From positions 767 through 64,766 of the forward strand of contig JAUXMZ010000037.1 in assembly GCA_030683105.1 (NCBI GenBank): a stretch of DNA of 64,000 nucleotides, in the 5' to 3' direction. Source of the DNA: Burkholderiales bacterium (lineage in GTDB: Bacteria; Pseudomonadota; Gammaproteobacteria; Burkholderiales; SG8-41). Both the position numbers and the translations under genes were made by a program. Numbering within the stretch: position 1 is the first letter of the stretch; each line of letters begins with the position of its first letter. Positions 8,542 to 18,749 of this stretch are shown one piece after another. A model generated the notes under the pieces. The model did no database searches. It saw only the letters and a program-made list of their open reading frames with translations, and was not told where the DNA came from.

Positions 8542-9548
8542 TGCACGCTCTTATCACTATATTGTTGCCATCGCCACAAATCACTACACATCTCATCCAA
8601 GCCGCGCGCTGCCACCCAGCCAAGCTCCGCCTTAGCCAGGCTAGCTTTGGCATAGCAAATGGCGATGTCACCTTCCCGTCTGCCCACGATGCGATAAGGC
8701 ACCGGCTGCCCCGTCGCACGCTCAAAAGCAGCGATCATTTCCAGCACGCTGTAGCCGCGCTCGGTACCGAGATTGTAGGTAAAGACACCCGCCGCTTGAC
8801 CGAGCTTTTCCAGTGCCTTTTTGTGGCCATTGGCTAAATCCGAAACATGGACGTAATCCCGCACCCCGGTGCCATCCGGGGTCGGCCAATCGTTGCCATA
8901 CACCGACAACACACTCAACTTGCCCGCTGCCACTTGCGACAGATACGGCATCAGATTATTGGGAACGCCGCTTGGGTCTTCACCGATCATGCCGCTCTCA
9001 TGCGCGCCCACCGGATTGAAATAACGCAGCATCGCGATATGCCAACGTTCATCGGACACGAACAGGTCGCGCAGGATTTCTTCATTTATCAGCTTCGACC
9101 TGCCGTAAGGATTAGTCGCCTTAAGCGGAAAATCCTCACTGACCGGAACGCTCGCCGGAACGCCATAAACGGTCGCGGACGAACTGAACACCAGTTTGAA
9201 CACATCAAACTCCGCCATCACCTGACACAGCGCTAAGGTGCTGCCGATGTTATTGTCGTAATACTGCAAGGGTTTCTGGACTGACTCACCCACTGACTTC
9301 AACCCCGCGAAATGGATCACCGCATCAACCTTGTGCTCAGTAAAAATACCACGCAAGGTTTCCCGGGTACGCACATCCGCCTTAACCAGCACCGGGCGTT
9401 TGCCTGAAACTGCCGCCACCCGATCCAGCACACTAGCTTTGCTGTTGAGCAGGTTGTCAACGATCACCACCTCATAACCCGAGCCCAATAACTCCACGCA
9501 GGTATGGCTACCGATGAACCCAGTCCCGCCCGTTACCAATATCTTCAT
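8538..9548 (-). CDS. galE: UDP-glucose 4-epimerase
   Basis: ORF trimmed to MKILVTGGTGFIGSHTCVELL.... It has ...SSSATVYG..., YGRSK and ...RDYVHVSDLA... motifs of GalE. Confidence 0.9.
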   Translation of the reverse strand: MKILVTGGTGFIGSHTCVELLGSGYEVVIVDNLLNSKASVLDRVAAVSGKRPVLVKADVRTRETLRGIFTEHKVDAVIHFAGLKSVGESVQKPLQYYDNNIGSTLALCQVMAEFDVFKLVFSSSATVYGVPASVPVSEDFPLKATNPYGRSKLINEEILRDLFVSDERWHIAMLRYFNPVGAHESGMIGEDPSGVPNNLMPYLSQVAAGKLSVLSVYGNDWPTPDGTGVRDYVHVSDLANGHKKALEKLGQAAGVFTYNLGTERGYSVLEMIAAFERATGQPVPYRIVGRREGDIAICYAKASLAKAELGWVAARGLDEMCSDLWRWQQYSDKSVQ

Positions 9549-9595
9549 GAACATTCGCCTCAACTCTACGCACTCACATAATTTCAATCTTCAGC

Positions 9596-10804
9596 TTACT
9601 TTTTTCTTGACGATCCAACTTCCTTTGCCTGCTCATAAATCGCCATCAACATCCGGTAATTCGCCTCTTCGGTATACAAAGCTTCAAAAGACCGCCGTGC
9701 CCCCGCAGCCAAACATTCCAGCTTTCCCGTCGACCCCCAGGCCGCGCGCACTGCCGCCAGCAGCGACTGCGGATCGTCCGGCGCAAACACCACGCCGTTC
9801 TCGCCTTGCTGCACAATCGAAGGCAACGGGCCGATATTTGACACCGCCACAGGTGTGCCAAAAGCAAACGCTTCCCGTACCACCATGGGGAAACCTTCGA
9901 AACATTCAGACGGCAATACCAGCAGGCGGGCACGGGCAATCTCGTCCCGTGCCGCAGCACCCGCCAACTGCCCGAGAAAGCGAATCGGCACCTCCGGCGC
10001 CATGGCGGCCAGTCGCTCCAGTTCGCGACGCAGGCCCCCATCACCCACGATGCGTAATTCCGGTGCCGATGCACCCCACATCAACCACGCCCGAACCAGC
10101 GCCAGCACCCCCTTCTCGGCCGTCAGTCGTCCGGCAAATATCACGCTCGGCCTGCGAGCTGCCCAGGGCACGATGGCTGGATCGCCGGGGTAAAAGTTCG
10201 GTTTGACATGCACCAGGTCGGCAGGCAAACCGGCTACGATCATCCGCTCACGTTGAAATTCAGTCAGCGCGACAAAGGCATCGACCTGCTTCGACCATGT
10301 GTTCAAGTGCCGGTGCAATGCCACTTTGGCCGCCAATGGCAGCGTTGCTAGGCGGCTGCCCCGATAACAGCCATGCCGCACAGCGGGCAGCACGGAGCGG
10401 CTGTCCAGACATTCGGTGCAGACCTGACCCGCCCGCATGGGAATGGCTGCTGGGCAAAACAGGCGGTAGTTATGCAGCGTCAACACCCGCGCTGCGCTGC
10501 TGCCAATTGCATAAAAAATAGCAGGCGAAATCAGAGGAAAGGTGTTATGCACATGCACTATGTCAGGCTGGAAGCTATCCACTATCCTGCGCGCAGCACG
10601 AACCATCCACGGGTTCCAGGGCGTTGCCAGTGCGCCCTGTACCGCGCCGACTAGGCCCTTCGCACGAATCTTGTCACTGTGGCGAGTAAATTCGGCGACA
10701 TCATGGCCCCGCTCCCGCAGCAAAGTCTTTTCCGCGTCAAACACCTGGTTCTCGCCTGATGGCGCAGATGAGCCATAATAATTATGTGCTAACAGGATCC
10801 GCAT
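9596..10804 (-). CDS. Glycosyltransferase family 4 (GT-B, group 1)
   Basis: 402 aa. MRILLAHNYYGSSAPSGEN... at the N-terminus and ...FAGRLTAEKG...LLVLPSECFEGFPMVVREAFAFGTPV... (E-x7-E region). GC-rich. Confidence 0.8.
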   Translation of the reverse strand: MRILLAHNYYGSSAPSGENQVFDAEKTLLRERGHDVAEFTRHSDKIRAKGLVGAVQGALATPWNPWMVRAARRIVDSFQPDIVHVHNTFPLISPAIFYAIGSSAARVLTLHNYRLFCPAAIPMRAGQVCTECLDSRSVLPAVRHGCYRGSRLATLPLAAKVALHRHLNTWSKQVDAFVALTEFQRERMIVAGLPADLVHVKPNFYPGDPAIVPWAARRPSVIFAGRLTAEKGVLALVRAWLMWGASAPELRIVGDGGLRRELERLAAMAPEVPIRFLGQLAGAAARDEIARARLLVLPSECFEGFPMVVREAFAFGTPVAVSNIGPLPSIVQQGENGVVFAPDDPQSLLAAVRAAWGSTGKLECLAAGARRSFEALYTEEANYRMLMAIYEQAKEVGSSRKK

Positions 10805-10834
10805 TTCATTCCCGAGTCTGCAGAGCCAATTTTC

Positions 10835-11731
10835 TTAGCGTGATTCCTTTAAAAGGATTTCATCTGCCGCTATACGTATCTGTTTCATAATCTGTCTATC
10901 ATAATAATCTCTCAAAAGCACTAGAATCGGACGAATCGGCTTGGCCATAGATTGCCCTGCTTTTAACAATAAACGCTGCCTTGTTGAAATGTTTTGCCTT
11001 TTCATTGAGTCATGACTTTGGAAACCATCCATAAGACCACTATGCCAAGCTTCTTTTGCATGCGTCTTTGCCATGGAGGATTCACCTCCAATCCAATGCT
11101 CAGCCCCCACACCAAGCCATGACTGTATCGCAGTAAGTTGCTCTGGAATTGATTCGTAGTCTACGGAATAAGTGATATCTATCGGAAGTCTTGAAAAAAT
11201 CGCCTCATAGCTCTCTTGAAAGGCTGCAAAGCGAAGAGGATTACGATTGTAATAGCCAAAATCCACTCGAAATTGTGACTCAAACACATTTAGCGGGTTC
11301 CGGCGCAAAACAAGAAAGCGTCCACCCGCCTCTGCAAACAATTTCCACCTGCTAACAATTCGAGTGGTTTTCCAAATAACAATCGCAACTTGAGACGGTT
11401 CACGATTGGTTTTAAGCGCACAAGCCAATCCCAGTCGGACTAGTGTTTTCGCGTGATCGGCTGGAACCATACATGCCTGCGCCTCTTCAAATGAAAGCAA
11501 TGATCCGGACGGGGAGCTAGCAAGAAAAAATGCAGCCAATCTGCTTGGATCGGACAATTCATCAGGGGAAAGCAATTCAAGTATTTGAGGAAAATAGGAT
11601 TCAGGAAGGCAAACAATACCTTTCAAGCGATCTAACTCCGTTATTAAGACGGTACTACCACTTCGTGGAAGTGAGTAAATGCAAGCAAGAGCAGGGCTTA
11701 TATTTTCAAAAGTCGCAAGGCCAATATTCAT
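10835..11731 (-). CDS. PAPS-dependent sulfotransferase-family protein
   Basis: 298 aa. It has a 5'-PSB-like motif LPRSGSTVL and a 3'-PB-like RRNPLNVFES. This is the first gene of the AT-richer block. Confidence 0.65.
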   Translation of the reverse strand: MNIGLATFENISPALACIYSLPRSGSTVLITELDRLKGIVCLPESYFPQILELLSPDELSDPSRLAAFFLASSPSGSLLSFEEAQACMVPADHAKTLVRLGLACALKTNREPSQVAIVIWKTTRIVSRWKLFAEAGGRFLVLRRNPLNVFESQFRVDFGYYNRNPLRFAAFQESYEAIFSRLPIDITYSVDYESIPEQLTAIQSWLGVGAEHWIGGESSMAKTHAKEAWHSGLMDGFQSHDSMKRQNISTRQRLLLKAGQSMAKPIRPILVLLRDYYDRQIMKQIRIAADEILLKESR

Positions 11732-11739
11732 AGACTCTC

Positions 11740-12936
11740 TTATTTAATTAGCGATTCATAAAACTTTAGATAGGCTAAAACTGTTTTTTCCGAGTCAAGC
11801 TTTACACTAAGCAAGCTTCGTGCCTTATCCACGATAGTTTGCGCATCTTCTAATGACGCCAATAAAGCTGAAACGTTATCAGCGAAACCTGACACATCAT
11901 TGTCATTAAATGGCGCCAGCCAAGGATAATCAGGGGAGAAAATCTCGGATAGGACTGGCAAACGAAATGCAGCAACAGGTATCCCCGTAAGAACCGCCTC
12001 GGCCGCCAAACGCCCATAACCCTCAAAGCGTGATGGAAATAGCAATATGTCAAAATCAGAAAGAAGCTCAACCAGATTTGGCAGGGGAGGAGCCAGTTGA
12101 ACTAGCCAACCGGGTGGAGGTGTGTCCCGAAGCTTTGACAACAGGCCTTCCTCGATCCCCTCACCATAAATAAACAGAGAAAACTGTGTATCAGGTGGTA
12201 CCTTAATCTGCCTTAGAATTGCAGGCAACAGATCACACCCTTTTTGAAACTCAAAACGGCCAGCAAACAATAGCCGAATATCTTTTTTTTGGACTCGTAA
12301 GTTAAATAGACGCTCGCGAGTTAATGGGACTGTAATTGGATTATAAATAGTCGAATCGCTAGTGACTGGTTTTAACCCACATGCGCTTCTCCATCTTTGG
12401 AAACTTTCGCGAACAGCATTACTTACATAAACTACAGGCGTATCACCAAGCCTACTCTCACACCACGCACCTAAACGTTCCCAACGAGACCAAAGAACAG
12501 TGTTATGAATCGTACGAACAACGGGAATACTCTTTAGCGATTTATCAATGGATAAACATAAAACATAAGCAAACTCAGGGATTTCTGTGTTGAGATGAAC
12601 GATATCGGGGCGAAATTCTCGAACTATGCGCCGCAATCTCCAAGCAGCAGCCAAAAAACCACCCAGTTTCCACGGTAACTTAACCCCGTTGAATACAGCA
12701 ATGCCTTTTCTTTTGGCCTCCCGAGTCATGCTCTGTCCAACAGCACTGCTGTCATCTCCTAAAACTGCAGCCACTCCCATTTCTACACGGCCATCAAAAA
12801 GACGCGCAAGTTCAAAGGTGCATTTCTCCGCACCGCCAAGCTCGTAATGAGATATCACGTGGAGGATTCTGAGTGTTTTACTATGGTTAGGAACTTTGTT
12901 CTGGAGTGCCAAAGTAATTTCCCTTTTATGAAACAA
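11740..12936 (-). CDS. Glycosyltransferase family 4
   Basis: 398 aa. ...ILHVISHYELGGAEK... and ...FAGRFEFQKG...LLFPSRFEGYGRLAAEAVLTGIPV.... Confidence 0.75.
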   Translation of the reverse strand: MFHKREITLALQNKVPNHSKTLRILHVISHYELGGAEKCTFELARLFDGRVEMGVAAVLGDDSSAVGQSMTREAKRKGIAVFNGVKLPWKLGGFLAAAWRLRRIVREFRPDIVHLNTEIPEFAYVLCLSIDKSLKSIPVVRTIHNTVLWSRWERLGAWCESRLGDTPVVYVSNAVRESFQRWRSACGLKPVTSDSTIYNPITVPLTRERLFNLRVQKKDIRLLFAGRFEFQKGCDLLPAILRQIKVPPDTQFSLFIYGEGIEEGLLSKLRDTPPPGWLVQLAPPLPNLVELLSDFDILLFPSRFEGYGRLAAEAVLTGIPVAAFRLPVLSEIFSPDYPWLAPFNDNDVSGFADNVSALLASLEDAQTIVDKARSLLSVKLDSEKTVLAYLKFYESLIK

Positions 12937-12953
12937 ATAAAATTACTGGGCCA

Positions 12954-13256
12954 TTAATTTACTGTGGTCGTTGGTATTATCTTTGTAATCCTAAGCATCC
13001 TTTGAATATCTTGGGTTTCAATGCCTGTTATGTGCCCAAAACTTTTCAGTGTCCCTGGGTCAGAAACTCTTAATCCGTTCTTAAAGCCAGCTTCGATGTA
13101 GAAATCTAACGACCTGTAAACGACGGGAAAACCTTGCCATTTTTCATCCGTAGCCGGCCCAACCAATTCATGTCGACGCTCTGCTTTTGATTGGAGTAAG
13201 AGCTTCAGTGGGTTTATTAAAGTTCTCAGTATAGATTTGAGCTGTGCCATTTTCAT
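12954..13256 (-). CDS. Hypothetical protein
   Basis: ORF 12954..13343 trimmed to MKMAQLKSILRTL.... It fits the tight operon spacing. No family was recognised. Confidence 0.35.
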   Translation of the reverse strand: MKMAQLKSILRTLINPLKLLLQSKAERRHELVGPATDEKWQGFPVVYRSLDFYIEAGFKNGLRVSDPGTLKSFGHITGIETQDIQRMLRITKIIPTTTVN

Positions 13257-13260
13257 TCCT

Positions 13261-14439
13261 CTATATACCACCGGCACGATGGCCCGGCTTACGCCCCAAT
13301 GCATCCAATATACCGCTAGTAACGTTGTACACCATGTTTTCAATGGTATAACGTGCCGCAGTTAGTCCGGCATTTATGGAAAGAAGCTTCAGTCGCTGTG
13401 TGTCGCGCAATAGCTCTACAACCCCATTCGCATATGCCTGGCTATCTCCTGACAACATTAGCCCGTTCACACCATTCTCCAAGTACGCAATTTCCGGGCT
13501 ATGCAATGCATCAACTGTTGTTATCAGCGGTAGATTCGCCGCAAAGCTATCTAAAATTGCCAGCCCCACTAAGCCTGGCATCAAGAAAACCTGGGCCATC
13601 CGAAAGCATACTGCCTTATCATTTCCCACAAGGGGGCCTAGATAACTCACATGCGGGCAGTATGCCGCATGAAGACTAATGAAATCGGCCTCAGGCCCGC
13701 CACCAATCACAATTAAATGGAATCCCGGTATTGCTGCAGCGATGAGGCCAGCGCAATCCAGCAAAAATGGCAAACGTTTTTCCCGGTAAAGTGCGCCACA
13801 ATAGAGTCCCACTGGATCATTATCTTTGATCCCTAATCGCATACGCATAGAAGCCAAATCCGCTGGCGTCACTGAGCTTACTTCTTTGCGAAAGCCGGCA
13901 GTGTCGATGGCATTTTCTATCACGCTAATTTTGCGCGGCAAAACTCCAATTGATACCAAGTGTTGTCGGGTGTCTACGGTATAAGCAAACCACCAGTCTG
14001 AGGCATTTGCGAGACGACGCTTGATGCGTTCACTAATGGAGCTTGGGTCGCCTTGAAGGTTTTTGCCATGACCCCAGAATGCGATGCGCTTGAGGCCAAG
14101 CGCCGATAGTGCCAACAATGGGTAGTTCAGTAAAATCCGTGTCGCCTGGACAACAATAATGAGGTCTGCTCGAAAGATTGCTGACAACGGCGGGAATTGA
14201 AGAAAGAGCCGATTATTGAACAAATACAAGCGGGGAATTTTTTTTCCTAGTGGCGGAGATAGGTCGACATCATCGCGTCTAAGAGCTACAAGCGTGTTTG
14301 AATCACTATACATGACTGTCAAGTCGACATCAGATGCAGCCAACGCCTCATAAAGCTGCTCATAAAACACCTTCCGATACTGTTTTACATTCGCAAGAAT
14401 CACTAAAACACTACGACGTTTATTTTTGGATATCTGCAT
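13261..14439 (-). CDS. Glycosyltransferase (GT-B, group 1-like)
   Basis: 392 aa. ...YCGALYREKRLPFLL...FLMPGLVGLAILDSFAANLPLI... has a GT4-like C-terminal domain. Confidence 0.65.
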   Translation of the reverse strand: MQISKNKRRSVLVILANVKQYRKVFYEQLYEALAASDVDLTVMYSDSNTLVALRRDDVDLSPPLGKKIPRLYLFNNRLFLQFPPLSAIFRADLIIVVQATRILLNYPLLALSALGLKRIAFWGHGKNLQGDPSSISERIKRRLANASDWWFAYTVDTRQHLVSIGVLPRKISVIENAIDTAGFRKEVSSVTPADLASMRMRLGIKDNDPVGLYCGALYREKRLPFLLDCAGLIAAAIPGFHLIVIGGGPEADFISLHAAYCPHVSYLGPLVGNDKAVCFRMAQVFLMPGLVGLAILDSFAANLPLITTVDALHSPEIAYLENGVNGLMLSGDSQAYANGVVELLRDTQRLKLLSINAGLTAARYTIENMVYNVTSGILDALGRKPGHRAGGI

Positions 14440-14442
14440 GAG

Positions 14443-15171
14443 TTACCTTCCCAACCTGCAACCTTCTGAAGATACTTCTAATACGGTCATAGATGCCGGT
14501 CGTAACGAAGACATTCTTTTCAGCATTTGTTCCAGTTTATTCCACAACCCATATTTTTCGACCTCCCAACTATGACCCCAGATATGCAGAACTCCATTAG
14601 TGTGAGCCATCGATTCTGCAATTACCGGAAGACGATCCCACCAGTTTTCAGCCTGAATTGCCAGCTTGAGCGTTGCTGCACGCCTAGACCACGAACCATA
14701 CCGTAAGAAATTTTTAACCAATATATCCTTTGTATGAGGAAAATATTGCAATGTGGTTGGTAAACTATAGGGGCTACCATTGCAATCGATGCGGAGATTC
14801 TCTATGGTGCGGCCATAACAAAATCCGGATTCAAGCACTGCGTCACGTATAGAAGCGTTCACACGTCCGCCCGGATAACAAAAACCTTTAATCTCACGGC
14901 CAAGATATTGCTCGACACCTTCTTTTCCACAGCGAATTTGGTGGTGCACTTCTTTTTTATCAAGGCCTGTCAGATAAACGTGATCCAAAGTGTGCCCACC
15001 AATCTCGAAAGAATGCGAGAGCCTGCGCAACGCTGAACCGCTTAAGACGGGGCGCCCTTCGCTGTTGCGGACCGGTACGAAGAACGTACCGCTAAAGCCA
15101 TACCGAGCAAGCATGTCGGCAATTCGCTCATCATGCGGGTGACCATCATCCCAAGACGTAACTAATATCAT
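14443..15171 (-). CDS. Polysaccharide deacetylase (NodB-homology) family protein
   Basis: 242 aa. MILVTSWDDGHPHDERIADMLARYGFSGTFFVP...IGGHTLDH.... Confidence 0.75.
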   Translation of the reverse strand: MILVTSWDDGHPHDERIADMLARYGFSGTFFVPVRNSEGRPVLSGSALRRLSHSFEIGGHTLDHVYLTGLDKKEVHHQIRCGKEGVEQYLGREIKGFCYPGGRVNASIRDAVLESGFCYGRTIENLRIDCNGSPYSLPTTLQYFPHTKDILVKNFLRYGSWSRRAATLKLAIQAENWWDRLPVIAESMAHTNGVLHIWGHSWEVEKYGLWNKLEQMLKRMSSLRPASMTVLEVSSEGCRLGR

Positions 15172-15932
15172 TTCTGCCGAATAATCTTGCGTGCAAAAAC
15201 GGCACCACCCATGTAGTAACCACCGGGGGGTAGAAAATAATCAATTCCAAGCGCAATCCATAAAAAAGGTTGCACGGGAACAGTTAATGCCATAACTAGT
15301 GCAGCGTGCGTAACACCCAACCAAGAACGGTTTGCGCGCCACCCCCTTCTCTGGCCAGGAATTAAATGTTGAATCGCCCAGGTAACAGCACATGCCACGG
15401 CAAAGAAGCCCCCCCCCCGGCGATCAGTATGGATCATCTCAAATCCTCTACTATTCAATGCATGTGTCATTCCTTCCATCGTCCAGCGACGAAAATCGTG
15501 TGCGTCACATTCTGGGTACAAAAACGGAAAGGTAAGCAGTACATAGCCATTGGGCAGAAGCACCCGTGTAATCTCATCCAACATCCGTTCAGGATCTGGC
15601 ACATGCTGAATCACATCAAAGGCCACCGCCAATTGTATCTGGCCATCTGGTATCGGCAATTGACATACGTCGGCGATCAGTTTTGTGCGCGTGGACGGAA
15701 CCAGATCAACAGGGATGTAGTGATTTATGTTAAACGACTTACGAATCTCAAACTCGTAGGGAGTAGTTCCTGCCCCAAGGTCCAAGCAACGCGGAGTCGG
15801 CACTGAAAAACAAACATCCCTGCCAGCTAGAGCTATGAAACGTCGTGCGATAAATGACACTGGACTTACAAAACGTTTATAAATACGAACAGCGCTCACC
15901 AAATGCGCCACAATTAAGGGGGCCGCATTCAT
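15168..15932 (-). CDS. Class I SAM-dependent methyltransferase
   Basis: 254 aa. Motif I-like CLDLGAGTTPY and ...AFDVIQHVPDPERMLDEITRVLLPNGYVLLTFP.... The C-terminal part is hydrophobic. Confidence 0.7.
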   Translation of the reverse strand: MNAAPLIVAHLVSAVRIYKRFVSPVSFIARRFIALAGRDVCFSVPTPRCLDLGAGTTPYEFEIRKSFNINHYIPVDLVPSTRTKLIADVCQLPIPDGQIQLAVAFDVIQHVPDPERMLDEITRVLLPNGYVLLTFPFLYPECDAHDFRRWTMEGMTHALNSRGFEMIHTDRRGGGFFAVACAVTWAIQHLIPGQRRGWRANRSWLGVTHAALVMALTVPVQPFLWIALGIDYFLPPGGYYMGGAVFARKIIRQK

Positions 15933-16735
15933 TTCGAACGCTTCGCAATCACACTGAGCGTTCCTGAAACCCTTAGTGCTTGCATCAGACGCACCGCTAC
16001 CAGAGTTTTCAAGCCCGGGCGCTGGACAGGACTAAACACAACGCGCCTGAGATCATGGAATCCCGCTGCTTCCAAGTGAAACTTCAGACTCGGCCAATCA
16101 AACAGGAACAAATGGAATTTTTTTTGTGCTTCGCGCCAATGTCCGTTTTCTATACGAGCCCGCAGGCCTTTCCGGTTGGGGGTTGTGACCAATAGACTTC
16201 CATCGGGAGCAATAACACGATGCAGCTGCACGAGCGTGCCCTGTAAGTCTGTGAGATGCTCAACCACCTCGATCATACTGACGGTATCGAAATGATCATT
16301 TGGAACTTCGTCAAGATTGCTCATCAGTGAGAACCCGCGCTTTTCCCTGCAGAAGCGCCGGGCATCGGAGGAAAATTCAATACCACTTGCCTCCACGCCA
16401 TTAGCACGAAGCCTCTCAACGAGAGCGCCACTACCCGCGCCGTAATCCAGCACCCGCGCACCAGTCCGCCACAAAGAGCGCCGAATAAATTCCGCATAGG
16501 ATCTTGCAGCATAACCACCAGACTCTTGGTTTGTATTGCCACTGCCAATCTTTTCTTCGACATAAGCTTGTCGATAAATTTCCTCGAGTTCACTCAGGGA
16601 AGGAAATCTCTCCCGGAAAGCGATGCCACACTCTGTGCAAACGCGAAAATCAATCTCCCCTTCTTCAAAGGCCTGCACCAGCTTTTTCCTGTGAGAAACG
16701 CAAGGGCACTGCATCATGCCAACTTCCAATGTCAT
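15929..16735 (-). CDS. Class I SAM-dependent methyltransferase with N-terminal Cys-rich (zinc-ribbon-like) segment
   Basis: 268 aa. VLDYGAGSGALVERL...MIEVVEHLTDLQGTLVQLHRVIAPDGSLLVTTPN. Confidence 0.75.
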   Translation of the reverse strand: MTLEVGMMQCPCVSHRKKLVQAFEEGEIDFRVCTECGIAFRERFPSLSELEEIYRQAYVEEKIGSGNTNQESGGYAARSYAEFIRRSLWRTGARVLDYGAGSGALVERLRANGVEASGIEFSSDARRFCREKRGFSLMSNLDEVPNDHFDTVSMIEVVEHLTDLQGTLVQLHRVIAPDGSLLVTTPNRKGLRARIENGHWREAQKKFHLFLFDWPSLKFHLEAAGFHDLRRVVFSPVQRPGLKTLVAVRLMQALRVSGTLSVIAKRSK

Positions 16736-16745
16736 TACGGCCCCC

Positions 16746-17594
16746 TCAAAAACGCAATAGCCCCTTGATCCAAAACTTCACATAAGGATTTATCCATAAT
16801 AGCGGCCACAACAAGCCGCCATGCCGATATGTAAAGACCAACCACTCTTTGGGAGGTAGTCCCTTGGGGCCCATCATCCGTTTCCACCGTTCTTGCACTG
16901 GCGAACGAACATCCGTCCACATTCCTTTCCCGGCATTCAAGTCACACGTCCCTACAAAACCGGGGGCAACCCATATCTTGCAGCCCAACTTTCGCGCCCG
17001 GAAACCGTAATCCATATCCCCCATGCTGTGCGTAAAACTGCCATCCAGATTTTTGGCAAGCTTCACAACGCCGCGTGAAAGCAAAACACAGTTGCCATTC
17101 ACTGTATCGCACAGTACCGCCTCACTCTGCGGCATCACCTTGACCATCTTCAGCGGGTTCCATTGGCTCACTTGCCGCCATCCACCATAAGTAAGCTGCC
17201 CGCTTTTTTGATCTTGTGTTGAGCCGACGATAATCAATAGGGCACGATCCGCCTTACTCAATCGCTCATGCGTTGAAATCAGGACACCGAGAGCATTCGG
17301 ATAAAGATGCGTATCATCGTTTAACAAAACGTAGTAATCAAAATCGCCCTCCATCGCCAAGCTCAATGCTTGTCGCATCGCACCATTCCAATAAAGGCTG
17401 CCAGAACCTCGAATCACCCTAATTGCCGGAAATTGCTCAAGCACCGCATCGGCCGTTCCATCTGTGCTTCCATCGTCAAGCAGGATCACACTCACCTCAA
17501 TCGAGGTATCCCTCACTTGCTGAACAATTGAAGCTATGCAATTTAGTGTTTTCTGTCGCCGGTTGTGGCAGGCGATAACAAAGCAGACGCGCAT
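16746..17594 (-). CDS. Glycosyltransferase family 2
   Basis: ORF 16746..17615 trimmed to MRVCFVIACHNRRQKTLNCIASI...ILLDDGSTDGT...YVLLNDDTHL.... The ATG sits 1 nt after the upstream stop. Confidence 0.75.
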   Translation of the reverse strand: MRVCFVIACHNRRQKTLNCIASIVQQVRDTSIEVSVILLDDGSTDGTADAVLEQFPAIRVIRGSGSLYWNGAMRQALSLAMEGDFDYYVLLNDDTHLYPNALGVLISTHERLSKADRALLIIVGSTQDQKSGQLTYGGWRQVSQWNPLKMVKVMPQSEAVLCDTVNGNCVLLSRGVVKLAKNLDGSFTHSMGDMDYGFRARKLGCKIWVAPGFVGTCDLNAGKGMWTDVRSPVQERWKRMMGPKGLPPKEWLVFTYRHGGLLWPLLWINPYVKFWIKGLLRF

Positions 17595-17595
17595 C

Positions 17596-18747
17596 TCATT
17601 GAACTGCACGAACATATTCCTGCTTTCTGGTCTCTTGCCTCAAGCGCTTCACGCTAATCGAGAGCTTTTTACCTAAAGAGGTCAGCATGAACAGGTAAAA
17701 GATAATAAAATCTACCAAGAACGAGGTGAAGTAATAGCCGTCAGTTGCAGCTCTAATCAAGCTGGCGAAATAAATCATAAATAGTATTTTGTTAATTCCA
17801 AATAAGGCGAAAGCAACGTAACCGATTAGCCCAAAATACAAGCAAGAAAAGATCCCCACTTTTTTGTATAGATTCAAGTACGAGTTATGTAGATTCTCAA
17901 CCTCTTTCAGGCTCACTTCATGATCGATAAAACTAGCCTCCTTGGGAAACCCAACGACAATGCTATGAGTGTCAAGTTTGTCGAAGAAATCTGTCCACAA
18001 TAAAGCTCTGCTCATAACGAACTGGCCCGATGTCAGCCGTTCGAACAAGAGCGTTGATTCTACCCATCGAGATGCCACAAGCCCAACCAGGGCAATAAAT
18101 ACCAAACCCAAGACACCGTGCTTCAGTCTTAACCTAAGATTTACCACAAGGTATCCAAACATCAGCGCGATTGCCACCACCGTTGATGAGACCCCGGCAG
18201 ACATGATTGCAATCATGGGCATTACAAACATTGGCCAGTGATGTGGTTTGATGCGATTGGTAATGCATACCGCGTAGTAGATAAGGTAATACTGCAACAG
18301 GACAACCCCAACAAAGTTTCTTGAAGCCCCAACAGTTTCGCCACTAATCGCTGTATATAGCGCCTCCTCTAAATTACCATTCCGCAAGTAATACAAAACG
18401 AGATACAGGCATAAAAAAACGAATACTCCAAGAAGTGGCATTGATAATTTGAAATACCGGAAAGCCACGAACCCAAGCAAACCGCTTAGAATAATTGCGA
18501 GAATGAATGAGTCGTATTCTTTTATGACAATGGGGACAATACATATCAACAGGGCAAAAAACAAAATATAGACAAGTATTTTTTCTGCTTCAGCACGCCT
18601 GGAATACCAAGCTAAGACAATAGAAAAAATGACAATGCCTATAGCAAGGCGCATCGTGATCGATGTGGAAATCGGGAGCGCGGGAAATAACGGTCCCAAC
18701 ACGAGCAAAGGAAACACCAATATCGAAATCAGCGGGATGTTAAACAT
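17596..18747 (-). CDS. Wzy-like polysaccharide polymerase / O-antigen ligase-like membrane protein
   Basis: 383 aa. It is AT-rich with about 10 predicted hydrophobic spans and no other motif. The position in the cluster fits Wzy. Confidence 0.55.
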   Translation of the reverse strand: MFNIPLISILVFPLLVLGPLFPALPISTSITMRLAIGIVIFSIVLAWYSRRAEAEKILVYILFFALLICIVPIVIKEYDSFILAIILSGLLGFVAFRYFKLSMPLLGVFVFLCLYLVLYYLRNGNLEEALYTAISGETVGASRNFVGVVLLQYYLIYYAVCITNRIKPHHWPMFVMPMIAIMSAGVSSTVVAIALMFGYLVVNLRLRLKHGVLGLVFIALVGLVASRWVESTLLFERLTSGQFVMSRALLWTDFFDKLDTHSIVVGFPKEASFIDHEVSLKEVENLHNSYLNLYKKVGIFSCLYFGLIGYVAFALFGINKILFMIYFASLIRAATDGYYFTSFLVDFIIFYLFMLTSLGKKLSISVKRLRQETRKQEYVRAVQ

Positions 18748-18749
18748 TT

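Noticed and set aside
10462-10473. A second ops-like core, GGCGGTAG, on the plus strand
   Set aside because: It lies on the template (antisense) strand of a minus-strand glycosyltransferase gene. It continues TTAT rather than nnTG. Chance occurrence is likely.
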